Shown: positions 55,173-64,000 of the stretch, piece by piece
How positions within the stretch are numbered: position 1 is the first letter of the stretch
How the letters are laid out: every line of letters begins with the position of its first letter
Source: an uncultured delta proteobacterium
GTDB taxonomy: Bacteria > Desulfobacterota > Syntrophia > Syntrophales > UBA2185
Length of the DNA: 64,000 nt
Direction of reading: 5' to 3'
Assembly (NCBI GenBank): GCA_963695875.1
Contig: CAVOID010000005.1
Location: 64,001-128,000 of the forward strand
Position numbers and translations under genes: made by a program
The notes under the pieces: model-generated
What the model was told of the DNA's origin: nothing
Databases searched by the model: none
The model's input: the letters and a program-made list of their open reading frames with translations, nothing else

Positions 55173-55356
55173 GCAACCGACTACAGCGGGAAGAAAGCAC
55201 CGATAAGCGAAGCGAAAAAGATGATGCGGTAAAATCAGAAACAACAGAAACCGTAAAGACGGAATCAACTCCGAAGGCAAGCACAGAAGATTAAAAACCT
55301 TAAAACCTTCCGATAAGGGGCGGCTACCTTTAACAGGTATGCCGCCTTTTTTATTT
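55173..55356 (+). repeat. direct repeat copy 3 (fmdB 3' end plus terminator, more diverged)
   Basis: Matches copies 1 and 2 with additional substitutions and one deletion. Confidence 0.88.
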
Positions 55357-55418
55357 GTTTATATCACAACTTTTCAGTGGTGGGCACTTGTCAGAATTGA
55401 GGATTACGGATGGAACGA

Positions 55419-55482
55419 GAGTAACGCAAACGCGCACCGGGAGCCCATAGTATGGGCGATACGGTGGAGCGGGTTGTTCGCG
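55419..55482 (-). other. integron attC site
   Basis: Minus strand CGCGAAC...CACCG...GCCCAT-ACT-ATGGGC...CGGTG...GTTACTC, directly after the stop codon. Confidence 0.75.
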
Positions 55483-56148
55483 TCAAGTCTTCTCTAAGTC
55501 TTCGCAAATTTTCAATATACGAGAGCTGTAATACTGAGCTTGGAGAAGAAAAGTGTTCTTATGAACCATGCTTGCTTTCTCTTCATCTTCCGCAAAAATA
55601 AGCCAAGCAGTTGGGTGAACATATTTGGAGTAAAGCTTGAAAAATGCATTATAATCGTTTTCCATCCCGACTTTGCGGGCCATCTCTGCTACAGTGAAAT
55701 GCTTTATGTTACTTTTTCCATATTTCTTCAGAATACTTTCTAGGTGGCCGATTCTTTCTCTCAGTGGGACAATGCTGACAAGGATATCATTTGAATTTAA
55801 AGTCAATATTCCTTCAAGGATTTCTTTCTCGTCTGAGCCTTTTTGCAGGACAAATTCTTTGGCCTTCTCAGGATAGTGGATCGAATATTCCAGAATTAGA
55901 TTCATCTCAAAAAGGTTTCGAGCAATCCACGCAGTGCATTCAATCGGGAAATCATATAAGTCTATAATCATCCGCAGATGAAGCGCAGCGTAAAGCGAGG
56001 TGCGTCTGACTATCTCTGGTATGATATCGTGCTCGTCTTTGGGTGATATTTTCCGTGCTGCGGCTGCAATTAACCGAACAATATTGTCAATGTTCTTCTT
56101 TACCTCAAGGTCGGTTCCAGTTGTTGTTATGTCCTCAAATCTCATCAT
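55483..56148 (-). CDS. integron cassette gene, DUF5677/HEPN-like
   Basis: ARNLFE, AEMARKVG, YNAFFKLYSKYVHP; bounded by GTTCGC at the start and GCGAAC after the stop. Confidence 0.7.
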   Translation of the reverse strand: MMRFEDITTTGTDLEVKKNIDNIVRLIAAAARKISPKDEHDIIPEIVRRTSLYAALHLRMIIDLYDFPIECTAWIARNLFEMNLILEYSIHYPEKAKEFVLQKGSDEKEILEGILTLNSNDILVSIVPLRERIGHLESILKKYGKSNIKHFTVAEMARKVGMENDYNAFFKLYSKYVHPTAWLIFAEDEEKASMVHKNTFLLQAQYYSSRILKICEDLEKT

Positions 56149-56210
56149 GCGAACTCCAGCGTCACCCGCCGCTGCGCTTTTGCGGTGATCGCGTGCATGC
56201 AGTGTTAGGC
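56148..56210 (-). other. integron attC site
   Basis: Minus strand GCCTAAC (contains the stop codon)...CACCGC-AAAAGCGCA-GCGG...GTG...GTTCGCA. Confidence 0.8.
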
Positions 56211-56729
56211 CGAAGCCTTGTTTGTATCTGTGTCAAACAGGGTAACTAATATCCAAGGTACAATGTCTTGAAAGATGGCTTGTAGCAGAACTTTTGTCTC
56301 TGGCTCAGTGATCTGTTTCCCGTTCGCCTCTGTAATGTCAACAGAAAGGGAGGTCCGGTATTTCTCTGGCCTCAATTCGCCGATGAGAATCTCGAACACT
56401 TCCTGGAAGTCGGCCGTCTGACATAAGGCATTGGTTGCACGAGGATCATCGGAAGCAATGCCGGTGGCAACCACATTTGCAGTGTTTCTGAAGTTTGCAT
56501 CCGGTTTCTGGCCATGCTGAACAATAGCATTGTGTCCGAAACTTCTTTGATGATGCTGGCCAGAAGCATGATAAGTGCTGTGTGGCTTCCATCTGGGTTT
56601 GTCTTCACGAGGGAAGTTCACGCAGACATCACCCTTCGTCCCTCGACATATGCTGAGGAATAGTAAGATGTCTTGGCCGTGTCGGACTGAAACTGCGTAC
56701 ATTCGTTCCTGGATTCGGTTTACATTCAT
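56205..56729 (-). CDS. integron cassette hypothetical protein
   Basis: 174-aa ORF (PHSTYHASGQHH) whose TAA lies inside the attC R'' box. Confidence 0.7.
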   Translation of the reverse strand: MNVNRIQERMYAVSVRHGQDILLFLSICRGTKGDVCVNFPREDKPRWKPHSTYHASGQHHQRSFGHNAIVQHGQKPDANFRNTANVVATGIASDDPRATNALCQTADFQEVFEILIGELRPEKYRTSLSVDITEANGKQITEPETKVLLQAIFQDIVPWILVTLFDTDTNKASA

Positions 56730-56794
56730 TTGTTCGTCACCTGCTTGACGTCACGGAGATACATAGTATTTCCTCTTCAGCAAGTTGTAGTTTA

Positions 56795-58624
56795 TTAATT
56801 TCTCAATTCCTTACAAGCATTTCTATCGCCCAGTGAACAAGCTTTTTCCGTGTCTTTACGATATTGCAATTCATTACCCATTATACGATAAACGAGACCA
56901 CGGGCCCGATAAGACCCCACATCCAATGGATTCAAAGCGATAGTCTTGTTAAAATCCTCAAGAGCTTGATAAGATTTCCCTAACATTGCGTATGTAACTG
57001 CTCTTTGAAAATATGCATTTGCATTTTTATGATCACACTTTATTGCATTATCATAATCTTCAATAGCCTGATTGTAGAGCTGTATTGAAGAAAAAGCATT
57101 CCCACGTCCCTCGTATACAGAGCTCAAAAAAGAGTTATGCCTATCACATTTCGAAACAGATCCAAGAAATTGAGTATATTCTTTAATTGCATTCTGATAG
57201 TCGCCATTTAGAAGATACGCTTTACCACGACCATAAGAAGCCAAAATGATGTAGTTCTTTTCATCAAGTTGCTGTGCCTGGTTGAAATCGTCAATAGCTT
57301 GATCATACCGGCCCATATTAATCAAAGCATGCCCTCGACTAAGATAGGTACTACTATTGCTTGGATCTAAATAAATTGCTTTATTGTAATCTTCAAAAGC
57401 CTTAGAATGCAATCCTTTAGCATCATAGACTGTTCCTCGCGCTCTATAGATATCTGGATTCTTAGGCTTTATAGTAAGAGCCTTGCTGAACTCCTTGATA
57501 GCGTGATCATACAGGCCTTTTCCATTATAGATAGGTGCAAGGTGTGAATAATAGAGTGTATTGTCTGGATTAAGTGCGATCGCCTTTTTTAAATCATTAA
57601 TGGCCATGTCACGATCTCCTTTCTGCGAATATTCAAGTCCGCGGTGATCATAATAACTTGCCTCTTTAGGATTTAGGGCAATGGCACGATTATAATCTCT
57701 AATAGCCTTTTCAAGTTTGCCTATACTTCTATGTGCGTTACCACGGTGATCATAATACATTGCATTTTTAGGTTCTAGGGCAATGGCACGATTATAATCT
57801 TCAATAGCTAGAACATGATTGCCTTTCCATTCATATGCTAATCCCCGCTGATCGTAATACGACGCTTTTTTAGGTTCTAAAGCAATGGCACGACTATAAT
57901 CTTCAATAGCCAGATCATAATCATTTTTTGCATAATAATAGATAAAACCACGCAATGAATATGCAAACGCATTCCGGTTATCTAACGATAATGCAGCAGT
58001 GTAGGACTCAATTGCGTCATCGTAATCTTTATTCAAATATTCGCGTTTGCCCTTTTCAAGCAACTGATTGACATTGAAAAGATTTTCATCCTTGGTAACA
58101 TTTTCCTCGATTTGCTTCTTTTTCTCTGGGTTTTTTGTCTGTGCTAATTGTTTTTTGAGGATTTCTATTTCTTGCTGACTTTTCGCGTAGGCGTCCTGAA
58201 TCTTCTTGTAATCATCAACAATATTTCTTTCTTTCACACGCTTTGCCATATCAGATATTTTATCTGTCGTTACTTTTGCTCTGATTTTAATCCAGAAACG
58301 AATGCCTTCCCCTTCAATGGTTCTTTTCTTATCCAGCACGGCCACTTCCATTATACCGGACGCGATAACCTGAATCTCATCCTTTGATAATTGTAGATTT
58401 TCAACCTTAGAATAACTTTCCACATATGTTCCTGCTTCTTCCATGGCGGCTTGTTTAGCCTTTAATAGCGCACGACTTTCTGCAATGGTCGGTGTTTCTC
58501 CATCCCCCATGTTGTATGTACCTTCAGAAATTATTTCTTTTAACTCAGCGAAAACGAGTGCTGGATGAAGGAAAATAATCATAGATATAAAAATTGTGAT
58601 AATTATATTATAAATGGATTTCAT
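56795..58624 (-). CDS. exported tetratricopeptide-repeat protein
   Basis: Signal peptide, coiled coil and about 11 TPRs (AIEDY..AIAL.P..A..Y..RG); near-tandem DNA repeats at 57640-57910. Confidence 0.9.
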   Translation of the reverse strand: MKSIYNIIITIFISMIIFLHPALVFAELKEIISEGTYNMGDGETPTIAESRALLKAKQAAMEEAGTYVESYSKVENLQLSKDEIQVIASGIMEVAVLDKKRTIEGEGIRFWIKIRAKVTTDKISDMAKRVKERNIVDDYKKIQDAYAKSQQEIEILKKQLAQTKNPEKKKQIEENVTKDENLFNVNQLLEKGKREYLNKDYDDAIESYTAALSLDNRNAFAYSLRGFIYYYAKNDYDLAIEDYSRAIALEPKKASYYDQRGLAYEWKGNHVLAIEDYNRAIALEPKNAMYYDHRGNAHRSIGKLEKAIRDYNRAIALNPKEASYYDHRGLEYSQKGDRDMAINDLKKAIALNPDNTLYYSHLAPIYNGKGLYDHAIKEFSKALTIKPKNPDIYRARGTVYDAKGLHSKAFEDYNKAIYLDPSNSSTYLSRGHALINMGRYDQAIDDFNQAQQLDEKNYIILASYGRGKAYLLNGDYQNAIKEYTQFLGSVSKCDRHNSFLSSVYEGRGNAFSSIQLYNQAIEDYDNAIKCDHKNANAYFQRAVTYAMLGKSYQALEDFNKTIALNPLDVGSYRARGLVYRIMGNELQYRKDTEKACSLGDRNACKELRN

Positions 58625-58758
58625 TCAAACCTCCGAAGATGTCCGTTCTTGAACCTTTAAAAAAGATAAGCCTTTCCATTATGGTCGTATCGATAAATAG
58701 AGAAAGGGTGTTAAAGAAATTAGAAATCTCTTACAGATTATCTTTCAGTGATTTCACG

Positions 58759-58839
58759 AATTAAGGGGACACCATACTTAATTCCAGACTGAATCACCCC
58801 AGTGTACAAGAGATAATTGAGTATGGTGTCCCCTTAATT
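58759..58839. repeat. REP-like inverted repeat (25-bp arms)
   Basis: AATTAAGGGGACACCATACTTAATT / AATTGAGTATGGTGTCCCCTTAATT, one mismatch; related half-sites near 52653 and 55159. Confidence 0.8.
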
Positions 58840-58849
58840 ATCAGTGGCC

Positions 58850-59446
58850 TCATTTCTTCTTATTTCTCTGGCTCCATAAGCTCGAAAGGTCGGCAAGAAG
58901 AGCCTTTGTATGGAATTCGGCCGAGAGATTAAACGCATGCGTACTTCGATCATAGTCATGTGTGATAATGTTGATAATAGTCTTGGACAGTTCTATCAAG
59001 TCCTTGAAATGGCGGTATTTAAGGTCTGCTTTCTTAAACGAGTCGTCGATGCTTCTCTCATCGCTTAAGTGGGCAAAGACCTCGGACCGGACAAAGCCGA
59101 TTTTGATCCATATTGGCTTTGCCTTTTGCATTAGCCCGGTGACACGGTTTTTCGCATCATCAGACAATGGGTGGTCACGGTCAAGGACTTTCAGCAATTG
59201 AGGAAGACTGATAGTGTCACGGCGGGTTTCGTATAGACGATACAAAGCTATAATCATGGCAACAAAATGGGCGTGTATTGATGTTTGAAAAAAAGCGAGG
59301 TATGTGTTCATGGCGTCAATGAATTTCGGACGAGTATCCCTACTTTTGTAAATCCACCAGATGTCATGATTGTGTTCAGCCGCTATGATGGTATCTTGAA
59401 TGCTCTTTATGTGGCTGTCGATTTTCTTCTGCATTGCGCCAGTCAT
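58850..59446 (-). CDS. HEPN-domain (AbiU2-like) protein
   Basis: All-helical 198-aa protein; IALYRLYE, ISLPQLL, RSEVFAH (Rx5H HEPN motif). Confidence 0.65.
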   Translation of the reverse strand: MTGAMQKKIDSHIKSIQDTIIAAEHNHDIWWIYKSRDTRPKFIDAMNTYLAFFQTSIHAHFVAMIIALYRLYETRRDTISLPQLLKVLDRDHPLSDDAKNRVTGLMQKAKPIWIKIGFVRSEVFAHLSDERSIDDSFKKADLKYRHFKDLIELSKTIINIITHDYDRSTHAFNLSAEFHTKALLADLSSLWSQRNKKK

Positions 59447-59536
59447 CGAAATAAGCCTCTTTCACTGTTCTCTTTCTTCTCGCCGCTAAAAAGGGGTTGC
59501 CACGCTGACATACTCCTCCTGGACTTGTTTATCTTT

Positions 59537-59597
59537 TCATAACATTGTTTATACTGATCCAGTATAATATCCCAAATGCCGTTATAAATGCCGTATA
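59537..59597 (-). other. attI-like site
   Basis: Minus strand TATAAACAATGTTATGA (cf. attI1 TAAAACAAAGTTAGGC), with an upstream TATACTG-N3-CAGTATA palindrome and AAATGCCGT direct repeats. Confidence 0.5.
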
Positions 59598-60227
59598 AGA
59601 CGCCGGCGAAAATTGTCTCGCTTCGGAATAAATAATTGAGATATCATATTGTTAATCCGGTGAACTCTTTCAGAGCGTCTTATGTGGATCGGTATAAACC
59701 CTCCAAAAAAAAGTACATCCATATTCTTGAGCATTATGGAAGGAAATGTACACTTTCCTCCGGGTCATGTCAAATGGGTCTTCAGCAAGTAAGGGAGTGT
59801 ATTGATAACACCTTGTATTTTAACCAACAGAATATTATGTATATGAAGGAAAAGGAGAATTATAGACAATTACAATTTATTTCTATCCTGAGAATCTAAA
59901 ACATCGATGAATAAAGGATTGTGCAGGTGATCCTATGAGATTGCAGCGCTTCGCTCGCAATGGGTGTAATGGCAAAAAATGTGTGCTAGAAGGGCACATA
60001 TATTATATAGAATCAAGTACATAAGAGATACTAGATTCAAAGAGGTTTGAATAGGGGTTCAGAAATGAAAGAAAAGTTGTCCTTTATGCGAATCAGAAGA
60101 GACAAGATGAAGCTCCCCGCTGCTTCCGACGGGGAACTTCATCTGGTTCTTTTATCTATAACCATAAAAAACAGCACACATTTTTTGCCATTACACCCGC
60201 AATGACAAGAGGAAAGGAGACAAGTTT

Positions 60228-61547
60228 ATGCTCGCCAAAATCATCCAATTTATAGAGCGCGATATCTGGCGTATCCGTTTGAAGAACCTTCCCGCTGCAA
60301 AAGCCCTCCTCATCGAACATCTCAGGATCCTTCTTGCCGCGTGGAGAGGATTTGAAAACCACCAATGCTCATTGAGGGCCTCCGCCCTGACCTTCTTCTC
60401 ACTCCTTTCTATCGTCCCCGTAGCTGCCATGGCCTTTGGCATTGCCAAAGGGTTTGATATGCAGACTATCCTCGAGGAAAGGCTGCTGGAGAAGTTTGAA
60501 GGGCAGGAAGAGGTTCTGACCAAGGTCTTCGATTTCGCTAACACGCTCCTGGGAAATACGAAGGGAGGAGTGATCGCCGGCGTCGGTGTGGCGGTTCTCT
60601 TCTGGACCATTATTAAAGTCCTTGGGAATATCGAAAGCTCTTTGAATGACATCTGGGGTATTAAGAAACCCCGGTCCCTCTCCCGGAAGGCCACGGATTA
60701 TCTTTCCATGATGCTCATCTCCCCGATTCTCCTCGTGGTGTCCGGCAGCGCTACAATTTTCATTGCCTCGCAGGTCACATTCATCACCCAGAAGATTGCA
60801 GTGCTCGGCGCCCTTGGCACCGTTGTTTCTTTTATTCTCAAGTTCGCCCCCTACAGCATCATGTGGGTACTCTTTACTTTTATCTATATTTTTATGCCCA
60901 ATACCAAGGTCAATTTCAAATCGGGCCTTTTCGCGGGAATAATTGCCGGAACAATCTATCAGACGGTGCAATGGCTGTACATAACCTTCCAGGTCGGTGT
61001 CGCACAATATAACGCGATATATGGGAGTTTTGCCGCTCTGCCTTTATTCCTGGTCTGGGTGCAACTCAGTTGGCTCATTGTTCTCGCGGGTGCAGAGCTT
61101 TCTTACGCTCATCAGCATTCGGATATGCTTGAGTTTGAGCCGGACATTGAACGGGTGAGTCCTTCCTTCAAGAAGCTGCTCACCTTACGGGTGGTGAGCT
61201 TGCTTGCGAAAAATTTTTCGCAAGGGTTGAAACCCCTCACCATGTCGGACATCTCGAATGCGACAGATATACCCAAGAAGCTGATCCGGCAGATACTTAA
61301 TGACCTGACGGAATGCGGCATCATAATCGAAATCTCAAACAAGCAGGAACATGAAATGGGTTACCAGCCGGCCCTTGACACCGATCATTTAACAATCAAT
61401 TATGTTCTGGATGTACTGGAAAGATGCGGTATTTCCGACATACCCGTTGAGCCTGCACCGGAATTGGAAACTCTTGCGGAGAGCTTAAAAACTTTCAGGG
61501 ATAAACTCGAAAAATCTACGGCGAACAGGATTTTGAGAGAAATTTAA
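60228..61547 (+). CDS. YihY/virulence factor BrkB family protein with a C-terminal Rrf2-like HTH
   Basis: RASALTFFSLLSIVP, IESSLNDIWG, YNAIYGSFAALPLFL. Confidence 0.9.
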   Translation: MLAKIIQFIERDIWRIRLKNLPAAKALLIEHLRILLAAWRGFENHQCSLRASALTFFSLLSIVPVAAMAFGIAKGFDMQTILEERLLEKFEGQEEVLTKVFDFANTLLGNTKGGVIAGVGVAVLFWTIIKVLGNIESSLNDIWGIKKPRSLSRKATDYLSMMLISPILLVVSGSATIFIASQVTFITQKIAVLGALGTVVSFILKFAPYSIMWVLFTFIYIFMPNTKVNFKSGLFAGIIAGTIYQTVQWLYITFQVGVAQYNAIYGSFAALPLFLVWVQLSWLIVLAGAELSYAHQHSDMLEFEPDIERVSPSFKKLLTLRVVSLLAKNFSQGLKPLTMSDISNATDIPKKLIRQILNDLTECGIIIEISNKQEHEMGYQPALDTDHLTINYVLDVLERCGISDIPVEPAPELETLAESLKTFRDKLEKSTANRILREI

Positions 61548-61562
61548 AACTTCTTTCACGCG

Positions 61563-62609
61563 TTACTTAACACTATTTTTTAAATTGCGTTTTCCGCGGA
61601 GGCGCTGCATGAGGAATTGGTCAATCGCTTCCTGGGAAATGTCGTTGTGCAGGGTCTCTTTGATCGTTTCAATGGGAATTTCCACCCGTGCCGCGCTTCT
61701 GTGACCACCGGCACTTCCAAGGTTTTCAAACGCCTTCTTTGCGATCGCCCCGCAATCATGGCGATAACCATCCCCCCTGAAAATGATGATAAGCTTCTCT
61801 TTGACGATTGCTGCGATGATAGCGTAAGAGACGCCGACAATCCGCACGTAAGAGTCGGCTACCTGAACACACGCGTCAACACTTTCCACCTTGCCCAGAA
61901 AACTGATAATCCTGTCACGGTAACGACGCTTGTTATGATACGCATAATCGTAATACTTGAGAAAGCGCTCAGGGATTTGGTTCAATTCGATACGCCGGAT
62001 AAGCTGTCGATTGGCGAGGGCAAAATTCAGGTAATACGCGCTGATATCTTCCAGAATGACATCACGCTCGAAATTGTTTGTATCCGCCTTGATTCCATAA
62101 AGCAGCGCAGTGTGGAGCTTCTTGGGAATTCTTATTTTTGCCGCGAGGAGATACTCCGTCATCATGGTAGATAAGGCACCGTAGTTTTCCCGGACATCGG
62201 CCAGCTCCGCGTGCCATACCGATGTACACGGATGGTGATCAAAAACGATCTGCGGGTGAATATCTCCGAGGGCCTCACCGAAGAATGTAGGTTGAGCATC
62301 AACAATGACTTTCAGGCGGTATGCCCCGATATCGATTTTGTCCAGTAATTGAATATCAACTTTCATCGCCCGGATAAACTCAGCATTCTGTTGCCGGCTA
62401 ACGGGTTCGGTTGCAACAAAGGTATATTTTGAGAGTGAAGCAAATCGCCTGAAGAGCTCGTGTATGGTCATGGCCGATGCAACGGCATCAGGGTCCGGAC
62501 TACCATACATCAGAACCGCGAGAGAATCATTCTCCTGCACCATGGTCTTCAGCTTCATAACGTTGTGTAGAGTCTCCTCTTTAATGAGGAACGATTCTAT
62601 ACGCTTCAT
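61563..62609 (-). CDS. DHH family phosphoesterase
   Basis: PDPDAVASA, IVDAQP, FDHHP, GIKADT, SAGGH. Confidence 0.88.
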   Translation of the reverse strand: MKRIESFLIKEETLHNVMKLKTMVQENDSLAVLMYGSPDPDAVASAMTIHELFRRFASLSKYTFVATEPVSRQQNAEFIRAMKVDIQLLDKIDIGAYRLKVIVDAQPTFFGEALGDIHPQIVFDHHPCTSVWHAELADVRENYGALSTMMTEYLLAAKIRIPKKLHTALLYGIKADTNNFERDVILEDISAYYLNFALANRQLIRRIELNQIPERFLKYYDYAYHNKRRYRDRIISFLGKVESVDACVQVADSYVRIVGVSYAIIAAIVKEKLIIIFRGDGYRHDCGAIAKKAFENLGSAGGHRSAARVEIPIETIKETLHNDISQEAIDQFLMQRLRGKRNLKNSVK

Positions 62610-63658
62610 ATGATGCGAATTCTCCCTTTGGGTTTAGAAATGACCTCGCCGACAATAGCCGCCTCGGTTATGCCCCGCGCGTGCATCTTCCCGATTAATG
62701 TTTCCGCCTGCCTTTCAGGTAAAGCTATAAGCAGCCCTCCCGCAGTCTGCGGATCAAACATAACATCCACCATCCAATCAGGACAGGATGGATCAACCTC
62801 TATGAGTTTTGAGCGATATTGCCTATTCCTGTGCAAGCCCCCCGGCACAACCCCCTTCTCGACAAACTCCCGTATCTCGGAGAAAAAAGGAACGGAAGAT
62901 GCGTCAATCATCATGCCTACGTCGGAATTATCTATCATCTCACAGGCATGCCCCAGAAATCCAAAGCCGGTGATGTCTGTACAGGCATGAACATCAGGCA
63001 TTTCCTGCATGAGTTCTGCCGCATCCTTATTCAACGTGGTCATATACCTTACTGCTTTTGCCACCAGTTCCCCGCCCGCCAGCCCGCCCTTCAGCGCTGT
63101 GCTGACAATACCGGTACCTAACGGCTTGGTAAGGATCAGTTTGTCCCCTGCCTTTGCGCCTCTGTTAAGCAGGACCTTATCGGGGTGTATCACTCCGGTA
63201 ACGGAGAGACCGTACTTCGGTTCGTCGTCCTCAACACTGTGCCCCCCTATGAGAAGTACACCGGCCTCCCTCATCTTATCAAGTCCGCCATGGAGAATCC
63301 GATGAAGAATGGACATATCCATTTTTTTTACAGGGAAGCAGACGATGTTCATCGCTGTAAGCGGTCTTCCGCCCATGGCATAGACATCGCTAAGGGCATT
63401 AGTAACGGCAATCTGACCAAACGTATAAGGGTCATCCACGATAGGCGTAAAAAAATCCACCGTCTGGATAATAGCAAGATCATCGCGGAGTTTATAAACC
63501 CCTGCGTCCTCCGCGTGCTCCATCCCGACGATCAAATTCGGATCGGAAATCAACGGCAAATCTTTCAATGCTTCACTCAGGTCGCCCGGACCGATTTTGC
63601 AGGCTCAACCAGCCCCGTGAACCGTTTCGGTAAGGCGAATTCTTGATTTTTCTTCCAT
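62606..63658 (-). CDS. selD: selenide, water dikinase (Sec at UGA 63605-63607)
   Basis: MEEKSRIRLTETVHGAG-U-ACKIGPGDL is in frame with EDAGVY, QTVDFFTP, NALSDVYAMGG, TDITGFG and DPQTAGGLL. Confidence 0.95.
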
Positions 63659-63778
63659 GCAGGCATCCTACCGTAATTGTAAAAAGGCGTCAATGGTTTG
63701 TGTTGAGCATAAATATCGGTGGAAAATATCCAAAACTCCGGCTTTGATTGTGACGCGTAATATGATATTTGGGCAAAT

Positions 63779-64000
63779 ATGAGCTACGATACATTCAAGG
63801 ACATTACCATCCAGCAGTTGGAAGTCCTCGTCTCCTTAATTGAAGCAGGCAGTTTCACCAGAGCCGCCGGGAAGCTATTTCTTACACAACCGTCTCTGAC
63901 CAAGCAGATCCAAAACCTGGAAGCGGCAACGGGGACACAATTGGTTAAGCGCGGAAGCACAGGTATTTCTCTCACACCGGAAGGTCAGGTCATCTATGAT
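63779..64000 (+). CDS. LysR family regulator divergent from selD, truncated by the window edge
   Basis: IQQLEVL...GSFTRAAGKLFLTQPSLTKQIQNLE HTH. Confidence 0.88.
   Translation, partial: MSYDTFKDITIQQLEVLVSLIEAGSFTRAAGKLFLTQPSLTKQIQNLEAATGTQLVKRGSTGISLTPEGQVIYD

Noticed and set aside
57640..57910. ~102-bp periodic repeats as a possible CRISPR array
   Set aside because: They are in-frame 34-aa TPR units with no unique spacers and no cas genes.
59636..59899. Possible intI remnant (LRYH...SYVDR) next to the attI-like site
   Set aside because: The similarity covers only a few residues and no tyrosine-recombinase motifs are visible, so it is not supportable without an HMM search.

Overview
A 64-kb chromosomal segment from an anaerobic, selenocysteine-using deltaproteobacterium (Syntrophales/Desulfobacterota-like; inferred from gene content). 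It has five parts. (1) Housekeeping block, 0.5-8 kb: cimA preceded by an unannotated Ile-rich leader peptide and a complete attenuator, a YrdC/YciO protein, RNase E, two thiol redoxins and a PfkB kinase. (2) Eroded accessory region, 8-16 kb: orphan receiver domains, an internally deleted hybrid kinase, an OsmC-like selenoprotein and OmpA. (3) A dispersed aryl-polyene/flexirubin/dialkylresorcinol-like lipid biosynthesis system, 16.5-38.8 kb, ending at tRNA-Thr(CGT). It encodes an MIO ammonia-lyase, two B12-binding radical SAM enzymes, a DAK2-DegV fusion, LolA-like, FabG, hotdog, acyl-AMP ligase, DarB-type KAS III, BtrH-like, KS/CLF, ACP and ABC exporter proteins. (4) CHASE2 adenylate cyclase, an alanine racemase with a ~280-aa extra domain and two divergent tandem Ddl paralogues. 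(5) Plasticity zone, 49.4-59.6 kb: three copies of the fmdB 3' end plus terminator, an orphan mreB, a cold-shock gene, an IS fragment, a Phd/VapC TA pair and an integrase-less integron remnant (two attC sites, an attI-like site, HEPN-type cassettes). The window ends with YihY, DHH, a Sec-containing selD and a LysR gene. Many genes carry single-base frameshifts, often at short base runs. These are probably long-read assembly errors, but that cannot be proven from the sequence. All product calls come from motif recognition, not database searches.
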